Made by a program: the position numbers and the translations under genes | The notes under the pieces: generated by a model | Told to the model about the DNA's origin: nothing | The model's database searches: none | Seen by the model: the letters and a program-made list of their open reading frames with translations, nothing else | In this document: in pieces, positions 56,396 to 64,000 of the stretch | Layout of the letters: the number at the start of each line of letters is the position of its first letter | Numbering within the stretch: the stretch's first letter is position 1 | Assembly (NCBI GenBank): GCA_944385895.1 | Contig: CALWYZ010000011.1 | Coordinates: forward strand, 1,173 to 65,172 | Length of the DNA stretch: 64,000 nt | From: an uncultured Clostridia bacterium | GTDB taxonomy: Bacteria > Bacillota > Clostridia > Oscillospirales > QAKW01 | Direction: 5' to 3'

Positions 56396-56429
56396 AATGC
56401 GGCGTATTTCTACGCCGCATTATTATTTT
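56396..56429 (+). terminator. intrinsic terminator after pnp
   Basis: AATGCGGCGTA-tttc-TACGCCGCATT followed by ATTATTTT. Confidence 0.7.
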
Positions 56430-56493
56430 AAGTTGTCTTTACATTTTTTTATATTAATTGTATAATTATAATACCGTGGAGGTGAATATCGAA

Positions 56494-58383
56494 ATGAAAT
56501 TTTACGATAATCTGAGAAAATATGTATTTGACACACTCTGGTTCAAAATACTTACCTACTGCAGCATTCCTTTTTATACTTTTCTTTGCCTTTGCTATAT
56601 AGAATATATGAATTACGGACAGGTAAGGCTGGTGCATGCCCTGTGGGTACGAAATCCCGGTGCGTTTATATTGGCATTTTCAATCCTTATAATAATTTCC
56701 GCAATACTGATCTTACTTTGCCGCAAAATATGGATTTATGCTGTTGTATTTGGTTCGGTTTCAGTAATCGTAGGTATCATCAACTGCGTCAAGCATGCTG
56801 TAAACGGCGACTATTTTTTTCCGTGGGATATAAGTATGGCGGGAAATATGGGACAGCTTATTAGTTTTGCACGTTTTGATCTTCCTCCGTATTTCTGGCT
56901 TTTGCTGCCTATGATTATAATTGCATGTGTGATTTACGCATTGTCCAAAACCGAAATACCTGTCAAATGGTATATCAGAGTCCCGTCCGCTATTGCTTTG
57001 AGCTTGATTTTTGTGTTTCTTTACAACAGCCCGAAAACGACTGAACGCATGCTTAACAAATTCAATATGACATTTAACGACAATATACTTCAGGCTTCCA
57101 ACTATTATGCCAACGGATTTGTAAACGCTTTTGCAATAAACTGTTTTGCTCTTAAAGTCGTAGAGCCGGAAGGCTACACACAGCAGCAGATTCAAGAGTA
57201 TCTGAGCGGATATTCAAATTCATCCGAAATCACAAACACTGACGATGCACCCGATGTTATTGTAATTCTTTCAGAAGCGTTTTTTGATATAACAAAGCTT
57301 AATAATACTGAATTCTCTCAGGATCCCCTTAAAAATTTCAGAGAGATTTCCGCAAGAGACAACGCGTATTCTGGAGAGCTTATTTCCTCTGCGCTCGGAG
57401 GAGGCACTATAAGAACAGAGTTTGAGATACTGACAGGACTTACCGTAGATTATCTTACAAACGGTACAAGCCCATATATCTATATAACAGAAAATCTTGA
57501 GACATATGTATCAAATTATAAGGATCAGGGCTATTATACAAAAGCTATACACACATACAACCGCGATTTTTATATGAGAGACACTGCATATCCCTATTTA
57601 GGTTTTGACGAATTTGTAGCAGAGGATGAAATCGCCCAGCGTGAAGACGCACAATGGAGACGCAGATATTTAACCGACCAGACTCTTGTCAATGAAATTA
57701 CAGATACTCTTGATGAGAATACAGATAATCCCAATTTTATTTTTGCAATAACTATGGAAAATCACCAAAGCTACGGCAAGACAGACCCGAAGGATATTGT
57801 CATAGAAGTCAAAAACGACAGACTTGACAGCGATACGCTCGATGCGGTGACAACATATACTCAAGGTGCATATTATGCCGATTTGTCTCTTGCATCTCTT
57901 GTAGATTATATAGACAACCGCGAAAAGGAAACAATTCTTCTGTTTTTCGGAGATCATCTGCCTACTCTCGGATCAAATCAGTCAGCTTACAGGCAAGCGG
58001 GGAATATTGATCAACCTGAAAGCGATCCGCAGCAAGACAGAATGTTTCTTTACAGTACTCCGTTTCTCTTCTATTCAAACTATGACATCGATTATGATGC
58101 GACTATGCAAGAACATCATTATGTCTCAACCTACTATATGCTCTCTCTTCTGGCTGATATGACAGGTACTCAAAAAACCGCATATATGAACTATCTTTTG
58201 GATCATTATAATGATTTACCGTATTATAATGTAAGAGTTGCCAATCCGTTAACAGACGCACAGGCAGAATTTATCAATTCGCTCAAGCTGATAACTTTTG
58301 ACAGAGTACGGGGCGCCGGATACTCTGTCAGCGCAAAGGCGTCTGTATCGTCTGATGACACAAATACAAAAAGCTCACCGTGA
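56494..58383 (+). CDS. LTA synthase family protein (multi-TM N-terminus + extracellular sulfatase/alkaline-phosphatase-type domain)
   Basis: About five N-terminal TM helices, then a sulfatase-like domain (PDVIVILSEAFFD...TEFE.LTG...ENHQSY...FFGDHLP). The ATG at 56494 is preceded by GGAGGTG. Confidence 0.8.
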   Translation: MKFYDNLRKYVFDTLWFKILTYCSIPFYTFLCLCYIEYMNYGQVRLVHALWVRNPGAFILAFSILIIISAILILLCRKIWIYAVVFGSVSVIVGIINCVKHAVNGDYFFPWDISMAGNMGQLISFARFDLPPYFWLLLPMIIIACVIYALSKTEIPVKWYIRVPSAIALSLIFVFLYNSPKTTERMLNKFNMTFNDNILQASNYYANGFVNAFAINCFALKVVEPEGYTQQQIQEYLSGYSNSSEITNTDDAPDVIVILSEAFFDITKLNNTEFSQDPLKNFREISARDNAYSGELISSALGGGTIRTEFEILTGLTVDYLTNGTSPYIYITENLETYVSNYKDQGYYTKAIHTYNRDFYMRDTAYPYLGFDEFVAEDEIAQREDAQWRRRYLTDQTLVNEITDTLDENTDNPNFIFAITMENHQSYGKTDPKDIVIEVKNDRLDSDTLDAVTTYTQGAYYADLSLASLVDYIDNREKETILLFFGDHLPTLGSNQSAYRQAGNIDQPESDPQQDRMFLYSTPFLFYSNYDIDYDATMQEHHYVSTYYMLSLLADMTGTQKTAYMNYLLDHYNDLPYYNVRVANPLTDAQAEFINSLKLITFDRVRGAGYSVSAKASVSSDDTNTKSSP

Positions 58384-58400
58384 TACACGGTGAGCTTTTT
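58369..58400. terminator. bidirectional terminator between convergent genes
   Basis: GCTCACCGTG-ata-CACGGTGAGC flanked by an A-run and a T-run. It includes the LtaS-like stop codon. Confidence 0.7.
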
Positions 58401-58401
58401 A

Positions 58402-58764
58402 TTATACTCTTTTCAGTACGGATCTTGCTATCTGCTGACTGCTGCCGCCTGACGGTGACAGGAATGTAACAAATTCAATTGAATATAAATTACAAACCGT
58501 ATATGTATCGGCACGGTCATCATATAAAACTATATAGCTTACACCGACAAGATACAGTATACCCTCTTTACGAACGATATTTGATGATCCTACAAGAAAA
58601 TCCACAACAACTCTGTTGCCGGTGTTTGATGCAAGCATTTGCTGCAAAGAGCCCTGATATCCGCTGTTTATAGCGTCATTCAAAGTACTTTGGTCTCCTG
58701 ATATTGTACCGTTTGAACAATTTTGAGATCCGTTTAAAGGTAATTGCATATCCTGTTCTGCCAT
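58402..58764 (-). CDS. gerQ: spore coat protein GerQ family
   Basis: The C-terminal core ...VVVDFLVGSSNIVRKEGILYLVGVSYIVLYDD...CNLYSIEFVTF matches the GerQ pattern. It lies immediately downstream of a CwlJ-type gene, as in the B. subtilis cwlJ-gerQ operon. Confidence 0.7.
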   Translation of the reverse strand: MAEQDMQLPLNGSQNCSNGTISGDQSTLNDAINSGYQGSLQQMLASNTGNRVVVDFLVGSSNIVRKEGILYLVGVSYIVLYDDRADTYTVCNLYSIEFVTFLSPSGGSSQQIARSVLKRV

Positions 58765-58776
58765 AATGTTTTCCTC

Positions 58777-59214
58777 CTATGTATAATAATATAAGTCGGT
58801 CGGATTGTAAAAGCAATGTTTACCGAGAGTCGTAAAATAATAGCCCACTTCACTTGGAAATGTCTGGCGGCAGCCGGCAGAATACGGATTGTAAAACCAT
58901 AGCGCCTGACCGAAATCCGGAAGTCTTTGGCCGGATATAGCCATATCCGCAATATCATAATGTATCTGTGCAGGATTCATATTATATATATTCTGAGGAT
59001 TATACCGTCCGTTTTCAGTCTCACTTGCGCATACAAACTGACCCGGCTGGAAGATTATATTTCGTATGCTCCCCTTACCTACCCTGTTATACTCACCGGC
59101 CGGAGCATTGACTCTGTTCATCACCACCCCCGCAACAGCCATCATACCTTCAAATCCCTCGCCTCCCGCCTCGCACTGTATAAGCCTTGCAAGCAGTTCT
59201 CTGTCACTGTACAT
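58777..59214 (-). CDS. cwlJ: spore cortex-lytic cell wall hydrolase, CwlJ/SleB catalytic domain family
   Basis: LARLIQCEAGGEGFEGMMAVAGVVMNRV...QPGQF is the Hydrolase_2 signature. The ATG at 59214 is preceded by GAGGGTGG. Confidence 0.82.
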   Translation of the reverse strand: MYSDRELLARLIQCEAGGEGFEGMMAVAGVVMNRVNAPAGEYNRVGKGSIRNIIFQPGQFVCASETENGRYNPQNIYNMNPAQIHYDIADMAISGQRLPDFGQALWFYNPYSAGCRQTFPSEVGYYFTTLGKHCFYNPTDLYYYT

Positions 59215-59318
59215 TTTACCACCCTCTCGTAAAATCATATGCCAAGATCCAGGCTAAAATGACTTAAGAAATTACAAAAACACAATAGCTATCGTATTTG
59301 CATTACCGCAAAAATATT

Positions 59319-59357
59319 AAAAAACCGGAAGGCAGCAAATGCCTTCCGGTAATTTTT
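59319..59357 (-). terminator. intrinsic terminator after the SLH gene
   Basis: ACCGGAAGGCA-gcaaa-TGCCTTCCGGT, followed on the minus strand by UUUUUU. Confidence 0.75.
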
Positions 59358-59369
59358 ATACAAGTATAA

Positions 59370-60050
59370 TTATTTAGCTGTATTATCAGTCTGCTGTGCC
59401 AAGCCCGCGTCCTCGTTTGGTTTCAAAAGCTTTATCAGGTTGGTATTATATACTATCTGGGCAAACTCGGCACGAGTAATATATCCCTTAGGATCAAACG
59501 TGTTATCATTTCGTCCGTTAACAATGCCTCCACGCTGCATGCGAAGTACAGCTTCCAAAGCCCATTTGCCAATTTTATCCTCATCGGCAAAGCTTTGGAC
59601 CGGAGTGTTTCTAGTTGACAGTCCGCAAAAATCAAAGAAATTTGATAAAATCACGCATACCTGCTCTCGCGTCATAAAGTCATCAGGACAAAACTCTGTT
59701 TCAGTCATGCCATGGACTATTCCGTTTTGTTTTGCCCAAGCAACATGCACGCCGTAATACTTGTCAATATCCACATCGGTAAACGCCGTGTGGGTAAACC
59801 CGCTCACATCCGCTCCATAAATTCTTGACAGTATCGTAACAGCCATACCACGTGTAAGCTCAGTTTCCGGAGCAAACTCCAGGTCCGCAACGCCTATCAT
59901 AACATCGTTTGAGCTGACGTATTTTACCGCGTCATAAAACCAATCCGATGCAAAAACATCGTTGTATTGTCTGTCGGTTTGTGCGTACACCATAAAGTTT
60001 GAAAACATGAGCACAACCAATATCAATATAACTGTAAGCCGTTTCTTCAT
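59370..60050 (-). CDS. secreted protein consisting essentially of three S-layer homology (SLH) domains
   Basis: Signal peptide MKKRLTVILILVVLMFSNFMVYA. Three repeats of the SLH pattern (F.D....WYYDAV...G...G......F.P....TR...). Confidence 0.8.
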   Translation of the reverse strand: MKKRLTVILILVVLMFSNFMVYAQTDRQYNDVFASDWFYDAVKYVSSNDVMIGVADLEFAPETELTRGMAVTILSRIYGADVSGFTHTAFTDVDIDKYYGVHVAWAKQNGIVHGMTETEFCPDDFMTREQVCVILSNFFDFCGLSTRNTPVQSFADEDKIGKWALEAVLRMQRGGIVNGRNDNTFDPKGYITRAEFAQIVYNTNLIKLLKPNEDAGLAQQTDNTAK

Positions 60051-60086
60051 AATATGACTTCCTTATAAACTACAAAATACAATTAA

Positions 60087-60115
60087 AGTATACTGCTTAA
60101 AACAACCTTTGTCAA
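60087..60115 (-). promoter_or_regulatory. consensus-like sigma-A promoter for the SLH gene
   Basis: Minus strand: TTGACA (60115-60110), 17 nt, TATACT (60092-60087). Confidence 0.55.
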
Positions 60116-60117
60116 AT

Positions 60118-62499
60118 TTATATTTTTTTAAGATGCCATATGCGTTTTGCGTATTCCTCAACAGATCTGTCGGAAGAGAATATGCCTGCTTTTGCTATAT
60201 TTACAAGAGACATTTTATTCCATTTATTAATATCTTTGTAAACTGAATCGGCTTTTTGCTGCGCAGATTTGTAACTGTCAAAATCGGCAAGCGTCATATA
60301 TGGATCTGAATCAGTGAGATAGTGTACAATACTGTCAAAATTCTTGCCGCTGACACCGCCTTTTGAGACAAAAGATATTATTTCTTTAAGATCCGGATTT
60401 GAATCCAGCACCTGAGAGGGGCGGTATGTCTTGCGTCTTTCATTCACCTCATCTGTATGCATGCCGAACAGGAAAATATTCTCGTCTCCCACCTGCTGAT
60501 GTATTTCAACATTGGCGCCGTCAAGAGTGCCTATTGTTATAGCGCCGTTTATCATAAATTTCATATTGCCTGTACCTGAGGCTTCTTTACCGGCAAGAGA
60601 TATCTGCTCAGACAGCTCTGCCGCCGGCATCATGATCTCAGCAAGCGATACCCTGTAATCGGGTATGAAAACAGCTTTTAAGCAACTGTTTGTTTTGGTA
60701 TCGCCGTTTACCGTATCAGCAACTGCACATATAAAGCGTATTATTTCCTTTGCCATCACATAGCCTGAAGAAGCTTTGGCACCGAATATGAATGTATGAG
60801 GATTAATATCGGTGCGTCCGTTTTTCAGGTCTTTGTAAAGATCCAAAATGTACAGTGCACATAACAACTGACGCTTATACTCGTGCAGTCGTTTTGCCTG
60901 GATGTCAAAAATGGATTCGGCATTTACCGATACGCCGCAGTTCTTTGCAATATAATCCGCAAGTCTATGCTTATTTTCAAGTTTTATTTGGGCAAGCCTT
61001 GCAAGCACGCTGCTGTCGTCTTTATAGCTTAAAAACTTTTCCAGTTCCATCGAGTTTTTAACAAAACCGTCTCCGATAGTCTCACAAAGAAGCCTTGTAA
61101 GAAGCGGATTTGCCTGACAAAGCCAGCGGCGATGAACTATACCGTTTGTGACGTTTGTAAGCTTGCCGGGGAAAATATCGTTATAATCACGAAATAGGTC
61201 GTTTTTGAGTATCTCACTGTGGAGAGCAGATACACCATTTACACAAAAACAGCTTGCCACACATAAATTAGCCATTTTTACCATACCGCGTGATATAATG
61301 GCAATATCATCAATACGTGAACGCTTGTCAGGATGATCTGCATATACCATCTCACAAAAACGGCGATTGATTTCTTTAACTATTGAGTATATACGCGGTA
61401 GAATAGACTTGAACATTGTCACATTCCACTGCTCAAGCGCCTCACTCATTACAGTATGATTGGTATACGCAAGAGTCTTGGTACAAATATTCCATGCATC
61501 ATCCCATGTATATCCATGTTCATCCATTAATATACGCATAAGCTCGGGTATACAAAGTGCTGGATGAGTATCATTTATATGAATTATAACTTTATCGGCA
61601 AGATTTTCAAGAGTATCATATAATGACATGTGTTCTTTTATAATATTTTTAAGTGATGCACTTACAAAAAAGTACTGTTGGCGCAGACGCAGACGCTTAC
61701 CGGTCTCATGATCGTCCGCCGGATAAAGGACTTTTGATATTGCCTCACTCTGAGCCTCATTTTCAACACTTTTCAAATATTCACCGCGCGAAAAAAGAGA
61801 CATATTGAAATTATCAAGACTTTTCGCGCCCCAGATTCTAAGCTTGTTGACAATATCTGCGTCACCCGAAATAAGAATATCATAAGGCACGGCAAGCACG
61901 CGCGTATAGTCTTTGTGAACCGTCTGAAGACCTTTTTCGCTCCAGTTTTCCTCTACATATCCGTCAAAATATACCTCTTCGCTCTCATCGGGCCTGGGTA
62001 CAAGCCACGCTCCGCCCAGCTCCAGCCAGTTGTCCGGATATTCAACCTGCCAGCCATCCATTATGACCTGCTTAAAAATTCCGAATTCATATCTTATCGA
62101 GAATCCTGTGGCAGGATAGTCAAGACCTGTAAGCGAATCCAAATAACATGCTGCAAGACGGCCAAGTCCGCCGTTGCCTAGTCCCGCATCAGGCTCCATG
62201 TCATACAGCTTTTCAAGGTCTGAGCCCAGCTCTGCGAGCGCCTTTTTCATGTCATTTTCATAACCAAGGTTATACAAGTTGTTTTTTAAAGAGCGGCCAA
62301 TGAGAAATTCCATTGACATATAGTAAACCTTTTTTGCGTGTTGTTCCTTTTCAAGCTGCGCACTTTTGGCTCTTTTTTTCTGAAGTATCGCACGGGTTAT
62401 GCCGACAACTGCTTCATACATCTGCCTGTCAGTGGCATCATTATAAGAAACCGCAAAACGCTCTGTAAGTTCATCGATGATTGCCTGTTTAAAATCCAA
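60118..62499 (-). CDS. glgP: glycogen/maltodextrin phosphorylase (GT35)
   Basis: 793 aa. GLGNGGLGRLAAC and the PLP-lysine motif EASGTGNMKFMINGA. Confidence 0.96.
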   Translation of the reverse strand: MDFKQAIIDELTERFAVSYNDATDRQMYEAVVGITRAILQKKRAKSAQLEKEQHAKKVYYMSMEFLIGRSLKNNLYNLGYENDMKKALAELGSDLEKLYDMEPDAGLGNGGLGRLAACYLDSLTGLDYPATGFSIRYEFGIFKQVIMDGWQVEYPDNWLELGGAWLVPRPDESEEVYFDGYVEENWSEKGLQTVHKDYTRVLAVPYDILISGDADIVNKLRIWGAKSLDNFNMSLFSRGEYLKSVENEAQSEAISKVLYPADDHETGKRLRLRQQYFFVSASLKNIIKEHMSLYDTLENLADKVIIHINDTHPALCIPELMRILMDEHGYTWDDAWNICTKTLAYTNHTVMSEALEQWNVTMFKSILPRIYSIVKEINRRFCEMVYADHPDKRSRIDDIAIISRGMVKMANLCVASCFCVNGVSALHSEILKNDLFRDYNDIFPGKLTNVTNGIVHRRWLCQANPLLTRLLCETIGDGFVKNSMELEKFLSYKDDSSVLARLAQIKLENKHRLADYIAKNCGVSVNAESIFDIQAKRLHEYKRQLLCALYILDLYKDLKNGRTDINPHTFIFGAKASSGYVMAKEIIRFICAVADTVNGDTKTNSCLKAVFIPDYRVSLAEIMMPAAELSEQISLAGKEASGTGNMKFMINGAITIGTLDGANVEIHQQVGDENIFLFGMHTDEVNERRKTYRPSQVLDSNPDLKEIISFVSKGGVSGKNFDSIVHYLTDSDPYMTLADFDSYKSAQQKADSVYKDINKWNKMSLVNIAKAGIFSSDRSVEEYAKRIWHLKKI

Positions 62500-62559
62500 T
62501 TTTTATCCTCCTCTGATACATCTGTGACGGAGCCGTGCAATAACCGGCACCGAAGCTTA

Positions 62560-63984
62560 TCAATTATTCAATATTGTTTTATACAGCTGTTCATACTGCT
62601 TTGCAGACTTGCTCCAGCTGTTGTCTTTAAGCATTGCGTTTTTCTTTACAGTTGAAAACTGCTTTTTATCCTTATACAGTTCTAAAGCACGCCAAACAGC
62701 GTTAGCCATATCACCGTCATCAAACTGTTCAAAGTTTATGCCGTCACCCTCTCCGGTCTGAGGATTAAAAGGAATTACCGTATCGGCAAGACCTCCGGTT
62801 TTACGTACTATCGGCACGGTACCGTAACGCATCGCTATCATCTGCGCCAGACCGCAAGGCTCATACTCTGACGGCATTAAGAAAAAATCAGCTCCGGCAT
62901 AGATCCGTCTTGCAAGCATACCATCAAAACCTATCACAGCACACATTTTATCGGAATGAGACGCGGCAATCTGAGACAGATATTGCTCATAGTTATAATC
63001 TCCGCTTCCAAGTATTACAAACTGTATATCAAGTGTCATCAGCCACTCAAGACGCCTGCATAAAATATCCAGTCCCTTCTGATGGGTCAGGCGTGTTACC
63101 ATTCCTATAATCGGAACATCACTGCGCCGTTTGAGCCCCAATTCATCCTGCAGAGCAAATTTATTATGAAATTTATTATTTCTAGTATTGATTGAATAGT
63201 TGGTCTTTATTGCGCTGTCCGTCTCGGGGTTGTATGACTCAGTATCGATTCCGTTTACTATCCCGGAAAGCTTAAACTGCCTTGCGCGCAGTATATGCTC
63301 CAGACCGAACGCATATTTGGCATCAAGTATCTCACCCGCATATGTCGGAGACACAGTATTGACACGGTCAGAACACTCAATTGCGCCTTTTACAAGGTTT
63401 ATGCAGTCTCCGTAATAAAGCAGCGGCAGTTTATCTTCAGGCAGACCAAACACATTTCCCAGTATATAAGCGTCAAATTTGCCCTGAAACTCTATATTAT
63501 GAATGGTAAACAGCGTTTTTATCATTGCATAACCGGGTCTGTCTCTATACTGACAGTCCAGCAGAACCGGAATTATGGCAGTATGCCAGTCATTGCAGTG
63601 GAGTATATCCGGAATAAAATCAATGACCGTAAGCATTTCCAGCACAGCTCGCGAAAAAAACGCAACGCGCTCGCCGTCGTCATATTCACCGTATACATTC
63701 GGACGATAAAAATAAAACTGATTATCTATAAGATAGTATGTCAAGTTATTTTCTTTATACTCAAAAATGCCGCAATACTGTTTGCGCCATGAATTATTTA
63801 TATAAAAATGCGTAAGGTAGCTGCACTTATCTTTCATAGGGCCGATTGCAGAATACATCGGAATTACAACCCTGATATCATGTCCCAAAGCTGTGATCGC
63901 TTTGGGCAAAGCCCCCGCAACATCTCCTAGTCCGCCTACCTTTATAAACGGTGCAGCCTCACCCGCTGCATACAGTATTTTCAT
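62560..63984 (-). CDS. glgA: glycogen synthase (ADP-glucose type, GT5)
   Basis: MKILYAAGEAAPFIKVGGLGDVAGALPKA N-terminus and the C-terminal ...PSEYEPCGLAQMIAMRYGT. Confidence 0.96.
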   Translation of the reverse strand: MKILYAAGEAAPFIKVGGLGDVAGALPKAITALGHDIRVVIPMYSAIGPMKDKCSYLTHFYINNSWRKQYCGIFEYKENNLTYYLIDNQFYFYRPNVYGEYDDGERVAFFSRAVLEMLTVIDFIPDILHCNDWHTAIIPVLLDCQYRDRPGYAMIKTLFTIHNIEFQGKFDAYILGNVFGLPEDKLPLLYYGDCINLVKGAIECSDRVNTVSPTYAGEILDAKYAFGLEHILRARQFKLSGIVNGIDTESYNPETDSAIKTNYSINTRNNKFHNKFALQDELGLKRRSDVPIIGMVTRLTHQKGLDILCRRLEWLMTLDIQFVILGSGDYNYEQYLSQIAASHSDKMCAVIGFDGMLARRIYAGADFFLMPSEYEPCGLAQMIAMRYGTVPIVRKTGGLADTVIPFNPQTGEGDGINFEQFDDGDMANAVWRALELYKDKKQFSTVKKNAMLKDNSWSKSAKQYEQLYKTILNN

Positions 63985-64000
63985 TTTTTATCCTCCTAAA

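Noticed and set aside
1-64000. A defence system, CRISPR array, prophage, transposon or toxin-antitoxin module somewhere in the window.
   Set aside because: Reading all ORFs of 60 aa or more on both strands, I found no nuclease/helicase/methylase combinations, Cas proteins, repeat-spacer arrays, transposases, integrases or small paired ORFs. The only repeats are the 81-nt htrA duplication and the 21-bp intergenic duplication. ORFs below 60 aa were examined only in the longer intergenic gaps.

Overview
This looks like a core chromosomal segment of a spore-forming, moderate/low-GC Firmicute (class Clostridia). An Oscillospiraceae/Ruminococcus-like origin is my inference from gene content only. 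I call about 50 protein genes, one tRNA-Ser(GGA) and the RNase P RNA.

Gene order, left to right:
- a MATE efflux gene, partial at the window edge, then tRNA-Ser and a FAD/Rieske oxidoreductase
- a minus-strand metQ-metN-metI-cysK-Rrf2 sulfur operon
- a 14.4-kb tightly packed minus-strand run: murD, three tandem M42 peptidases, smc, ftsY, an rph-rdgB fusion, yhbY, a nadD-yqeK-rsfS triple fusion and leuS
- rnpB, then a NodB deacetylase
- a low-GC orphan sigma-70/ECF-type gene with a long C-terminal extension
- the dcw cluster on the minus strand: mraZ-rsmH-ftsL-pbp-murE-murF-mraY-ftsW-murG-murA-ftsQ-ftsZ
- a low-GC orphan GH36/raffinose-synthase-like gene
- a WYL regulator divergent from two tandem CNNM (DUF21-CBS) genes
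- a PdaC-like deacetylase lipoprotein
- a response regulator, histidine kinase and HtrA operon
- yigZ, a sugar-phosphate isomerase and a second MATE gene
- a 600-bp gene-free region
- rpsO-pnp, an LtaS-like sulfatase, cwlJ-gerQ, an SLH-only protein, and glgP-glgA

I found no CRISPR array, transposase, integrase, prophage gene, restriction-modification system, toxin-antitoxin pair or recognisable defence module. I cannot point to a convincing multi-gene novel system.

The most unusual items I can support:
- the NadD-YqeK-RsfS single-ORF fusion, translationally coupled to leuS
- the orphan sigma factor with a ~370-aa uncharacterised C-terminal domain in a low-GC pocket beside ftsZ
- the WYL regulator and tandem CNNM locus with overlapping divergent promoters
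- the rearranged dcw cluster: no ftsA before ftsZ, murD displaced, murA inserted
- clear MraZ-box repeats at the dcw promoter

All family assignments come from reading the translated sequences, not from database searches.
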